A model generated the notes under the pieces. It searched no databases and had not been told where the DNA came from. It was given only the letters and a program-made list of their open reading frames with translations. A stretch of DNA of 64,000 bases from Piromyces finnis finn (taxonomy: Eukaryota > Fungi > Neocallimastigomycota), in assembly GCA_002104945.1 (NCBI GenBank), contig MCFH01000045.1:248001-312000 (forward strand), read 5' to 3'. Positions 51,444 through 64,000 of this stretch are shown here, in pieces (positions within the stretch are counted from its first letter, which is position 1; each line of letters starts with the position of its first letter). A program made the translations under genes and the position numbers.

Positions 51444-53657
51444 TACTTTTAAGATGTATTTGAATTAATTGTCCTTTTGGATCTTCTTGACAAACTTCAT
51501 AGGCATTATTTCCATCTTCATTAAGTATATCTAATAATATTGGACCATCAACACAATATACAGATGGCTTATCTTTATCAGTATCTTCAACACCATTACT
51601 TTCCTTTAAAAGTAAACGATATATATCATTTGTAATAGTGATATAATCATCGCATATATCAGCATATCTTTCTTCATCATTTTCTTCTTCTTCATCGTTT
51701 TCATCATCTTTTTCATCATCATCATCATCATCATCATCCTCTTCTTTATTCTCACCTGATTTTTTCATAAAAATTGGATTCTTTTCCGTATACTCAAATA
51801 TATGATAATCATTATTGTATCCTTTATATTTATCTTTGTCATCTTCTGTAATTTCGTTTTCATCATCAGTTTCGGTTTGCTTTAATGCATTTTCATAATA
51901 TTTACGTTTAGTACATCTACCTAAATATTCAACTATATCAAAATTGCCTTCAGCACAAGCACAATGAAGTGGTGTCCATCCTTCAACATCTTGTATATTT
52001 ACTGGAGCATCAGCATATTCTACTAATAATTTAACAATACCTAGTTGATTATAAGTTGCGGCAATATGTAATGGTGTTAAAAAGTTGTGGGCAGTGTATA
52101 AAGAAGATAAAACCTCTTTAGATATTGGTATTTGATCTTTAAAACATTCAGGAATTTCAACATTATTTATTTCTTCCCCGTTTTCAGATGGAATACCTAA
52201 ATACTTTCTAACTGTTGGTAATTCTGGATCTTCTGTTGGATCACCGTATTGGCACATATATAAAAAGGAAGTAAGGGCATCGAAACATATTCTTGCTTTC
52301 TTTTTTGGTGAATTTTCTGATTTTAATGCTGACTTTAATGATGATTTTGGTTTGGAATCAGAATTTTCCTTTGTAGTATTTGTCGGAATGGAATTATCTT
52401 CTTTTTCTTTTTTTTCTTCGATTTTCTTTGATTCTTCTTCAACCATTTTGATTTCTTCTTTTACTTCATCTTTAACAGTAATACAATTGTTATCATCATT
52501 ATCAATACTTCCATTTCTTGAATCACCTGGAATATTAATTTCATTCTTCCAACTTTCTTTATTATTATCTTCATTTTCTGCATTTTCTTTTTCTTCTATT
52601 TCATGCTCTTCTGGACAGCTAATGTTTTGATTGGTGTTAGTATTATCAGCTGTAGTAGAAATCGATTCATTAGAACTGAGTGATTCTGCCACAATATTTG
52701 TTTCTTTTACTTTTTTATATTTAAATTACAGTTTTAATTATTGTTGTTATTAATATTATTATTATTATTTTTATTCCGTCATCATTGGTATAATAAGTAA
52801 TTGTAATTATAAAATAATTATTGTTACAAAGAGTCGAAAATAATTTATATATTATTATTATATTTATTAATAGTATTCCAGTTATTATTAAATATTAAAA
52901 TTAAGAAATATATGGAAAAAGAAGTATATATATATATATTAATTATTTGTGTCGAACTTTTTTTTAAAAAAAAATATAATGAATATTATTTAAATTTAAT
53001 AATTAGAATATTTGGAATGTTACTTTCTGTTGTGGTTAAGAATATATCCATAACATTATAATCATTGGTACAATCAACTGGCTTGTATTTTCGTTCATTT
53101 TTTCTGTTAACATTTGCTCCTAATTCTAAAAGACGTCGAACTAGATCTGCCATACATAAAAAACTTGCTAAATGTAATAATGTATTACCATTTCCCCATG
53201 TTGATCCCATAAATTCGTATAAAACCTTTTTAGCATTCATTTCTAAAGTAGCCTTGGAAACAAATTCTAAGATTGCTAATGACATATCTTCATCTTCTAA
53301 AATACAAGCAATTTGAATGGCATTAAGATGATTAACACTTGGTCCCAATAATTCAGCTGCTTCATTTTGATATTGTTGTTCGAAGTCATAAAGACGTTCA
53401 GTATTTGGATAGGATAAGGATAATAAAGTTTGTAGTAAAAGTGTAGTTTGTGATTTTTTATTACAGTCATCAAATAATGAAAGTAATCCATCCATATCTC
53501 CATTATTTACATAGTAAAAAACCATTTCACCTAATGTAGCTGAAGACATTTCATTATGATTTTTATTTAATGAATCATTTGAAGCGTTTATTGAAACACT
53601 ATTATTTTGGGATATTGCATTTTTTGTTCTTTTTTTTCCTTCTACTTTACTATCCAT
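49749..53657 (-). CDS. Ankyrin-repeat protein with SILK/RVxF-like PP1-docking motifs. Exons ~53657-53024, 52709-51447, 51247-50382, 50234-49749
   Basis: Ankyrin motifs GNTLLHLAS, LTPLHIAA and GWTPLHCACAEG; KSALK...KKKARICFD precedes the second ankyrin block; splice phases join the four ORFs in frame. Confidence 0.8.
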
Positions 53658-56001
53658 TTTTATTTTTTTTCTCCTTTTTTTAAATGATTTAATATTATTT
53701 ATATTTGAAATTGTAGTTGTATAGGTAAAAATATAATATTTTATTTTTTTTTATTGGTACAGTTAAATTTATATATAGTTTTAAATTTCTTATATTTTTT
53801 TTCTTTTATGTAATTTTATTAAAATTTTTCCAAAAAAAAAAAAAAAGAAAAATTATAAATGTCAAGGGAGTAAAGTGTTAATTCCAATATAAAAATATAA
53901 AAAAAAAAAAATAAAAGAAAAATAAAAACTCGAATTATTAAGAAAATATATATTCTTTAGTTTTTATTTTGTTTTCCTGTAAAGTAAAAATAGTTAATAT
54001 AAGGTAAATATAATATATTATATAATAACGGTATAGATATAAAATTAATACATATTAGTATAATGTGGATGATACATAAATTATTATATATAATATTATT
54101 AATTTTTATAGGGTTTCTATCATTTATAAAAATTAAATATTATTAAGAATTTATTTGAATTATAATTCTTTTCTATTTATTATTGTGATGAGGATGATAT
54201 TGATTATTGGCATTATTTATATTTGAAATTAATAATTGAATAATAATATTCAATTAAAAAATTCAATATATATTTTCGATTTTTTATTTATTTTATATAG
54301 GATAAAGGAAAATTTTGTTTTTGAATATATATTGGATTCAAGCTATCTTTCACCAAATACCACTAATAACAAAAAATTATATTTGATTGATTATCATCAT
54401 CATTCACTATAACTCCATCTATTTCTATAATATTTTAAAATGTAATATACTGACAGGCACTGAAAATTTCAAAATAATGACTATAATTAATATATATGTT
54501 ATAATTATCATTCTTTATACCCAAAAGAGTTATATAGGAAGATTTTATTATCATTATTAAAAAAAAAAAAAGATATATTAATTTTGAATCCCTACATTAT
54601 AATAATGAAAACTTCTATTTCTTGACTAACAAGGTATTGATATTGTAAATATATTATATCTATTTTCAAATAGAATGGGACCTTAATTATATCATATCAT
54701 TATTAATAATATTAAAAAAAAATAATATTTTATTATTATTATTATTTATCAATTTTTTTTAATAATATTTATTTCACAATTCTTTTTTTTTTTTTTTATT
54801 TTATTTTTATTTTTTATTATTTATCTTTATATCAAAAAATAATATATTTTAAAATTTATTAAACTTTAAAATTCTAACTATTTATATAATAGAGACTTTT
54901 ACATGATAATAAAATTATTTATATTATATTTTTTAAAATTATAATAATTCATTTATAATTATTATTCACAGAAATATTTTAAATTGTATATCATATTCCA
55001 TATTAAAAATAGTCATGTTTAATAACTTTTTTATAATTTATAATTTTTATAAAGTTTAAATATATATATAAATATTAATTAATATTATTAAAAAGAAAAA
55101 AATAAAATAAAAATAATAATATCTTTTTTCTTTTTTATTATTAAAGTTAATTAGTTCATTCTATATTGCATTTCAATATGTATTTGTTATATACCATATA
55201 TTATTGATTATTAGTATTCATTAATAGCTAAAACAATCAAAATATATATTAAAATAATACTTTTGATTATACTTGAATTTTATATATTATTAATAATAAA
55301 ATAATAAAATGCATAATTTAATCTTTCCTAAATAAAATCATACATTTTTAAAAAAAGAAAAAGAAAAAAATTGTTTGTTTTAATGCAATCCATTCATACT
55401 AGAGTTGCTATAAATGACTAAGATTAAATAAAACTAGTAGGATTATATAACATATAATATATAATTTAATTATTTAATGATTTAATTGATATGAATGATG
55501 TATTTAAAAAATAATATGATTATTTAAGCTCTTATAATATCGAAGTAAAAAAAAATTATTTTAAAAAAAATATACTTTTATATTGTTTAAGATTAAATAA
55601 TTAAATATTTTAATACTAATGAATACTTTTTTAATTATTATATATAGATATAAATTTTTCTATTTTGTTTTTTTATCATTGTTAATATCTTTTATATATA
55701 TATATATATTTTTTAATTAAGAATATAATACCATTTGTAATTAGAGCAACAAAGAAAGTTAATAAATAAATAGTATATAATATTTATTAATAAAAATATA
55801 TAATAGTTAAAAAATTAAAAGCAATGTTATATTAGAAAAATTAGTTTTTTTCTCATTAACTATTTTGATGGAAATATTCTAATGAAACCTTAAAATTTTA
55901 TTGGTTTAACCAATTCCTTTTATATAATTTTTAATTTAAAAACTATATAATTAATTTTTATGAATTTTTGAAATTTAAAAAAAAAAAAAAAAAGATAAAA
56001 A

Positions 56002-57184
56002 ATGGATTTAGAAAGTATAATAATTCAATGTAATTTCTTATTAAATAAAATACCTTTTGGACCTTTAGTAGTGTATTTTTGTCGGTTTTATTATTTTGTT
56101 TTAATTACTGCTGTTATTATAACATATGCATTTCCAATTTTAAGAGAACATTTTATTGTATTTGGTAAGCTTTTAAATAATCCAAAAAAGCTTATTCATG
56201 TTCCAAAAAAATGGTTTACCTATTTTTACATAGTTGGCTTAATATGGTCGATATATTTATTAATTGAGTATAATTTTTATCTATTCAAACCAAGTTCAAA
56301 GTTACCTTTACTTCAATTAATTTCAAAATATTGGGATTATAATTTAAATATTAATATGAAGTCTTTAGTTCAATTTAATTTGCAAGAAAATAATGAAAGT
56401 TTCACCTTTAAACAATTACCACTTGAATCTTTAATAATATTGGTATTAATGACTTTCCATATGTTAAGACGTACTCTGGAATCATTTTATGTAACAAAAT
56501 TTTCAGATGCTAAAATGCATTTTGGTCATTTTCTTGTTGGAATTACATTTTACATTTTTACATCATTTTCAATTGTAATAGAATCTATCAATAATAATAT
56601 AGGTAATAATATAAAATATTAATAAAAATTATTATATTATTATGTATGCTTATCTTTTTATTCTATATTATTAAATATTAATTTAAGTATATACTAAATT
56701 TCATTCATTATATTATCATTATCCTATTATTTAATATTGTTATAATATTTATATATAATATAATAAAAATGCTTAAAAATGAATAAATAAAATAGCTTTT
56801 AGTTTTAAAGACATAAATGCTTGTCACGTATTAGGAATTATATTATGTATTTTTGCACAAAGTCAACAATATTGGTGTCATAAATTTTTAGCTTCTTTAA
56901 GACCAGATGTTTCACCAGGAGATAAGAATATAAAAGCAGTATATCAATTACCATGTAGACGTTGGTTTAATTTAGTGGATTCTCCACAATATTTATTTGA
57001 AATTGTCATTTACTTTTCATTTTACATAATATCAATATTTAAAAATCAAACATTATTATTTGTAGTTGTATGGACAATTGTTAATTTAGGTGTTACTGCC
57101 TATGGTGTTCATGACTGGTATATGAAAAAATTTAAGGATAATTATCCAAAGAATAGAAAAAGAATAATACCTTTTATATTTTAA
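56002..57184 (+). CDS. SRD5A3: Polyprenol reductase (steroid 5-alpha-reductase family, SRD5A3/DFG10). Exons 56002-56602, 56796-57184
   Basis: HVPKKWFTYFY, HMLRRTLES, MHFGHFLVG..FY, QYWCHKILASLR, YQLP..RWF, SPQYLFEIVIY, HDWY..KF..YPKNRKRIIPF. Confidence 0.92.
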
Positions 57185-57769
57185 ATAAAATAGTAGGAAT
57201 ATCAACAACAAAACCAATAATAATAATTATAATTAAATAAAATAAAAATATACAATTTAAATTACAGATAAAAGTTTATCAATTTAACCAAATAATAATT
57301 TTGTTTGGTATTTATCAAAATTAATTACAAGAATAGCTAATATTCTTTTTTAAAAAAAAATATATACATATACATCAAAATGAAAATAAAATATGATATT
57401 AAGTTTATAAATAAACGTATATATATTTTAATTACTTTTAATTTATTTATTTATTTTTATATTTTTTATTATTTAATAATTATGAATAGAGTCCGTCTTC
57501 TAATTATTAGAATTTAACTTATTTCAGTATATTCCTTTCTTTTTTCTTTTTCCCTTTTTTTTTTTTTTTTTTAATTTTAATTTTATTAATTTTTATTTTT
57601 ATTATTTTATTATTTATATAATTATTATTATTTTAATTAGTTATTATTATTATTATTTTTTTATATTAATAGCTAATAGTAATAATAGTTATAAAAAGAT
57701 TAACTATATTATTCTTTATTAAATATTTAAATATTTTTGTTCTCTTTCAATTATTATTAATTATTATTA

Positions 57770-57791
57770 CTATTATTTATTATTATTATTA

Positions 57792-57854
<63 letters not shown>

Positions 57855-57856
57855 TT

Positions 57857-57889
<33 letters not shown>
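57770..57889. repeat. (TTA)n microsatellite followed by poly(T)
   Basis: Direct inspection of the sequence. Confidence 0.9.
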
Positions 57890-57890
<1 letters not shown>

Positions 57891-58005
57891 GTTAGTCCCT
57901 TTATTATTATTATGACGATTATATAATTATAATTATTTTATATTTTATGATAAAAAAGATAGGTGGCGACGGCTACATAATAAAAAAAATATGTACATTA
58001 AAATT

Positions 58006-60800
58006 TTATTTATCATTTTCATTCTTTTGTTCTTCTTGTTGTTGTTTTTCTAATTCCTTAATTAAATTAACCAAATTTTCATTTGAAAAATCCTTTTTTA
58101 TATTTTCAACATCAGTTTTCATTATTTCAAATTTTTGACTCATAAGATCTAATTGTTGATTTAATCTTAAATAGGAAAGATCAAAATCTACAGAATGTTT
58201 ATTTTTTTGCTTATTATATCTTTCTAAAATATCATTATATCTAATAATTATAATAAAAATAGTTATTAATACTAGTAATGATACATCATTATATATATTA
58301 TAAAAGTTGATTCCTATTTTTATAGATGCATTACCTTTTATATGAGGATCCTAAAAGTGATTCCATAATGTCTTTATCACTAGATGCAGTATTAGATTCA
58401 TTATTTAATTCATCATTAAGCTTTGATAAAAATGCTGGATTTATTTTATGAACTTGCTTATTTTTAATTAAATCTTCCATCTGTTTTAGTTGACGAGCAT
58501 AATATGCATTACTAACAGTAATGATAATACCTACAAGTAAAAGAAACGATAAAAATACAATCAAGTATGGTGCATGTGTTAATATTTTCTTTTCATCTTT
58601 ATCTTTAGTACCCTTTTTTTTACTAGCGTGCTTATGTTGTTTAAATAATGATATTATGAAATTCATAATATGGATAATAATAGTTGGTATTTGGATTAAT
58701 ATACTAAAGATTAAAAATACAGCATCTAAAGTATAGTTAAAGAATGATGTTCTAGCAATCTTTGCATTAAAAAACTGATCCATAAATGTCTTTTTTTCCA
58801 TGTCTTCATTCATATTTTCAGAAATTGGTGGGACTGAATCTGATTTGAAACCTTTATCATTAATTCCTTCTAAACTTTGATCTAAACTTAGTTTCTCGAA
58901 GCTGCTACTTAATGGTTCAGCATAAGTATTCAATTCTTCAGTTGAACTCATATTTAATACCTTTACCTCCTCATTTGTAACTTTTTTCAATGCCTTATTT
59001 AAATGGTTTTCTAGCTCAATAAATAATTTGGTATAATTGTCAAACATAGTTTTTTCAATTTTTTCGGTGAGTGCCAATTTCTTAGTAAATTTAATTTCAA
59101 AAGTAATTAATAATCTAGAATAGTCGTCTCTTTCGGCAATAATAAAATATTTACAAATAATCTTAAAATAATCACCATAATTTATATTTAATACTCTAAT
59201 TTCTGATTCAATAAAAATATTATCCTTATTATTCTTAAGAAATTTTTGTTTTTCCTCAGTTAAAATATTACCACGTGAAGAAAAAAGAGCTTTATTTAAT
59301 GAATTATACATTATAATTCTTTCTTTAAGATTGGTTCTTGCATCCTTTTTCCATAAACCGATTTTTATATTGTCATTATTTGCATCTTTATAGACATCAT
59401 ATAAAAACTTACTATTATCTTCAAAAAGAAACTGATAAAGACTTTTAGAATCAATATTATAAACTTCATCTAGCATCTTATTCTGATGGCCTTCATTAGG
59501 AAGTTGCGAGTTTGTTGGTTCATTTAAGCCTCCCATTTCATATTCTTGTGATTGTAAAGCTTTTTCTATTGGTGATGGTTCTGGATACGATTGAGAGAAA
59601 ATAGTATCATCGCCTTCATTGATAATTTTCTTTTGTTCCTCATTACTAAAGACACCTGCATCTATTTGATCCACCGAATTAGATTTTTTATGACCGTTTA
59701 TTTCTCTATCAATTGGATCTACTATATCTTGTTGCTTAGATATACCATTTAAATTAAATTGTTCATTTACTGCAATTTCGTTGCTCTATAAATCCCCATA
59801 TGATTATTATAAATAAATATACAATATTTCGAATATACTTAGTTTATACATTTAATCTATTAATTTATTTATTAAATATTTATATGTGCAATTTCTTAGT
59901 TACCGATTTTACACGATGCCAAGCATCACAAAATGCTTGATATGTAACATCTCTTTTTAAAAATGATGAAAAGACATACTATATTATTAATATAATAAAT
60001 AAGTACATAAAAAATATAGTTAGAAATAATATATGTTATAATATTATTGATAGTTGGTATAATAATAACAACAGTAAAAGGTAATTATAATTATAATTAT
60101 AATAACATATTTATTAATATTTACCTCAATATTAGCAGTATTAATTCTAATAGCATTTGGGAACATGCCTACGGTACTACGTTTTTCTATAAGAGTAATA
60201 TCTTTAAAGTGAATAGTAACTTTTGCAGCTTTTGCAAAAATTTTCCCGTAAAAACAAATATGAAATGCTGTTGGATAAATTTTACCCTGCCATAGAACGT
60301 CCCTTTCAAGATTACATGGACATACTATTACATAATTAGAATAATAATTTTAAAGTATTAAAAAGAATATATATATTACGAAATTTTCAAAAATATTATT
60401 TTTTACAATTGTTGTTAATAAATATATAAATTTTTATATCAGTTATAAATTTCTTATTTATTTTAATGATAATTTAATCTACCTTGACCAAGAGTTGAAG
60501 CCTCTTGTATTAATTCAGGAAATACTTTTATGAATTTCTTTTGGTCATGGGTGTAATGAACTTTATGTTGATTTGAAGATGTTCTTTCCTTTTTTTTAAT
60601 TAATTAAATAATATTTAAAATATGAAATATGTTATTTATTATAGAAAGCTTGAAAATAAGTATATTTTCAATATATATTGTTGTCAACTATCTAATTAAA
60701 AAAAAAAAGTAATAAATAAAACAAAGTATTAAGATTAACATACTAATTCAGTATCTTTATTTGAATTTGAAATTGTTGAATTATCATGATATTCACTCAT
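58006..60800 (-). CDS. GRAM + VASt (StARkin) + TM lipid-transfer protein (LAM/Ysp2/GRAMD1 family), multi-exon
   Basis: GRAM: YSCNLERDVLWQGKIYPTAFHICFYGKIF...SSFLKRD. VASt: LYQFLF...INYGDYFKI...FEIKFTK. Hydrophobic helices followed by a coiled-coil-like last exon (58006-~58240). Confidence 0.85.
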
Positions 60801-62511
60801 TTATAATAGATAACTATAATATTATTATATTATTCAATTTAAATGATATATATGAAGTATATTAATATATATTATAAATAAATTTATGTGTATACTTTTT
60901 TTAAAGTAACATATATAATTGTATACAAAATAACATTTATAGAATGCTTTTAGTCGTTTATTCTATGTTTTTTCTTAAATATATATATATAACATAGTTT
61001 TAAACAATATATTTAATAAAAACATATAGAATAAACTACTAAAAACATTATCAAAAATTATTAAAACAATGACATTAAAAGAAATATTCTGTTATTTATT
61101 TATTCTTATGTTAAATAAATTATAATGTTTTATTCTCCACTTACTTTTTACGAATTATTATTTAATTGAATATATATAATTCTATTTTATGTTTAATTTC
61201 AAATAAAATAATTATAATTATATATTTTATTTATTGTCAATTTTATTTTTATCTTATTTTATTATTCATTTAAAAGGAATTGGAATTGTTTTGCTTGTTT
61301 TTCTTTATTATAATAAGGTCGTCCTTTACACTACAAACAAAAAAAGTAAAAGATTTTCTTCCACATTATATCAATTATGGATATATTAAAATAAATTAAT
61401 TTTTTTTTAATTTAAAATTTTATAATACAAAATTTAATATTGTAAAAATAAGTCATAAATGAATGAATGAATATTTATGTATATAGATAAATAAATAGTA
61501 TAAATAAATGTATAAAATTTTAATTAAATAAATGATTATAAACTTTAATACATTATTCTTTTACATTTAAAAATTTACTTACATTATTAATTTTTAAATA
61601 ACTTTTTGTATTATATTATTATATAGAAAAGGAAAAGGGTGATTTTATATATATTTCATATTCTCTTTATTATAAATATCTTTTATAAAAAGAAAGAACC
61701 TATTAAACTAAAATGTTCCTTTCTTTTCCTTATAATATAGTACTCTAAATTAAAAAAAGTTCTATTTATGAAATTATTGGATTTATATACCTTTTTTTAT
61801 TTTATTTTATAATGAAAAACATCAAAAATTTATTAATTAAAAAAAAAAAGAAAATGATACTTTTAAAAAAATTATGTTCAATTAATATTTATAATGATAT
61901 ATATTTATATTCATACTTTGTATTTATTTACTTTTATATGCTAAGTAAATATATAATTTATAAAATAATTATTAGTAATGTTTATTTAAATAATTGAGTT
62001 AGAAAAATAAAATATACTAATATAATATATATTACATAATTACTGTCTTTGATAATTGATAAAAACTTTACTCTCTTTTTGTATATATCTATATGAATAT
62101 TTCATTTAAACCTTCGAAGCATTAGATATTACCGAATAATAAATTTGCTTAAAATTGAAAATTCTTTATTTTAGAAAAAAAAATATATTCCTTTTATAAA
62201 AGTAGATAAAATGACTTTTTAATTAATTAGAACCAAAAGAGACTTTTAAAAATTATTTCTTTTCTTAAAAACTTTTTAATTTGAATGGTTTGTTTTAAAA
62301 ATTATTAATTAAAAAATATATATATATATAATCATTGAGAGTAAAGAAAATATGCCTTCAATTTAACTGGTACCCAAAATGGTACCTTTAAAAACCATGT
62401 TTTGAATAGAATATAATAATAGAAGGAACTGTCATGATGCTACCCTCTCATATAGATTTCAATATTACTTTTTTGATAAAATTAAAAATTAACTTGATTA
62501 TTAAATGACTA

Positions 62512-63072
62512 GTCGTTCCAGTTTTTATCCTGGTTGTTAAGGCGTTGCCTTAGTATACATAAGGCTTCTGGTTCGACCCCGCAGATGTCAGTGCCTGTGG
62601 ATTTTCCCACTGGGTTTGCCATGGGTTGGGTTATGATATTCAGGTAAGTATAAATGAACTTTCTAATTTACTACTATGATAATAACACTCGTCTAGCCGG
62701 CCTGAGAGGGTCTAGTGTACATGGTACATTCCAAATTAGAACTTAATAAGTGGTGACTTAGGCTATGCCAAAAACACATAATATTCCTTAATCAATTTAA
62801 GTGTAAACATTAGGGGGCGGTTGACACGTGATCAAATTGACTATAAGAGGCTTAGCATTGTAGTTGTGAAATATCGTACAACGACATGCATCTAATGTAC
62901 ATGGATTAAGTGAGCGTCGAAGCTGAAGAAACAGTATGACAGACCAGGAGGGTCACAACCACCTAGCAATAGGAATGAGCCAACGTTTCTCTAAGAACCA
63001 CCATTGGAGCTAACTCTGATCGATGGGAGAAATGCACTCGGAAGTTAAAAAAAAAAAAAAAAAAAAAAAAAA
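62512..63072 (+). mobile_element. tRNA-headed SINE-like retroposon, copy 2
   Basis: Body 62512-63046, A26 tail 63047-63072; TSD tattaaatgacta at 62499-62511 and 63073-63085; A-box-like tatcctggttgttaaggcg (62526-62544); B-box ggttcgacccc (62570-62580). Confidence 0.92.
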
Positions 63073-64000
63073 TATTAAATGACTATTTAATATTAATATA
63101 AAGTAATATATAAAATCAATAAAAGATTATATATTATTATATATTGAAAATAAATTACCAATAAAATAAATCTTCAAAATATCTTTTTTTAAAATTTTAT
63201 TTTTTTTTTTTTTTCGAATTAAAAAGTTTAAACTTTATGTAATATGTAAAAAAAAAAAAAAGAAATATTTAAGAAGAAAAAAAAGTAAGATTTCTAAAGA
63301 AAATAGAAATATTATAAATTAAAATAAAAAGATAAATAAAAAGAAAAAAAAATAAAAATCTCTTATATATTAAGCAACCACCACCACAACAACATTTATT
63401 TAATCTAATAAAAAAAGATTTTATAAAAAAAAAAAATTTAAGCAATTAAAAATTGTTTTACATTTAAAAACAAACATTTAATATTTCAATTAAATTTAAA
63501 ACAATAAAAAGTTTAAAATTTTTATTTGTTAAATATAAATTACATTTTACAAATTTATCAAAATAAAATAAAATAAAAATAAATACATTTTAAAAAAATA
63601 TAATACATAAAAAAAAAAAGAGAGAGAAAACTTATATAAAAAATTCAATTTAAAATAATCTCACTTTTAACATTTAATCGGATAAAAATAAGACAAAACT
63701 ATATTTAATATCTATTGAGAAATTTAAAAGTGGAAATATTGCAAATACTCAATAAATATTACATACTAATTGTAAATTAAACGTTATGGACAAAGTTGAC
63801 ATAATTAAAAGCAATTTAATTAAACATTATTTAAGTAAAATACCTATTTCTCTTATGTATTGCTTTTATAATATAAAATAAAATAAAGATTTTAAATCAT
63901 TTCAAACTTATATATATTTAATATTTTATTATACATATTTGCTATATATTTTTTTTTATTATATATATATTATAAATTAATTCTATCTAGAATTGAAATA

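Noticed and set aside
54150-54700. Minus-strand fragment NIIEIDGVIVNDDDNQSNIIFCY*WYLVKDSLNP
   Set aside because: Short, with in-frame stops and no identifiable homology.
1-60800. Apparent lipid-metabolism cluster (NAPE-PLD x2, ITPK1, ABCB1, SRD5A3, LAM)
   Set aside because: The genes belong to unrelated pathways and are interspersed with SFI1 and orphans; no shared regulatory signature seen.
62519-62590. Functional tRNA gene
   Set aside because: Acceptor stem does not pair, the variable region is collapsed, and the two copies differ in the anticodon arm; treated as a SINE head.
62922-62960. Hammerhead ribozyme (CTGAAGA matches CUGANGA) or a 5' HDV-like ribozyme in the SINE
   Set aside because: No stem II followed by GAAA in the correct position, and no P1 partner found for the 5' GTCGTTC. 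A covariance-model search would be definitive.
1-64000. CRISPR arrays, rRNA genes, LTR or DNA transposons with terminal inverted repeats
   Set aside because: No repeat-spacer arrays, rRNA-like sequence, LTR pairs or transposase motifs seen.

Overview
Extremely AT-rich eukaryotic DNA with short GT-AG introns and many homopolymer tracts. Composition and gene content (centriolar-type SFI1, ITPK1, LAM/GRAMD1) best fit an early-diverging flagellated fungus, most likely an anaerobic gut fungus (Neocallimastigomycota); this assignment is inference. Genes: two NAPE-PLD-like metallo-beta-lactamases; a ~6.6-kb near-perfect palindrome with two divergent copies of a secreted hyper-acidic repeat protein; a Gfd2/YDR514C-like DEDD nuclease with a C-terminal hydrophobic tail; SFI1; ITPK1; an unknown multi-exon gene; an intronless ABCB1/MDR transporter; an ankyrin protein with PP1-docking motifs; polyprenol reductase; and a GRAM-VASt lipid-transfer protein. 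The main discovery is a candidate SINE-LINE retrotransposon system. Two copies of a ~535-bp element (2 mismatches between them) each carry a tRNA-like head, a poly(A) tail and their own target-site duplication. They share a ~50-nt segment, including a hairpin with compensatory changes, with the 3' end of the LINE ORF at 44.7-46.8 kb. The element also carries a perfect U1-complementary splice donor. All exon boundaries and alignments were read by eye and may be off by a few bases.
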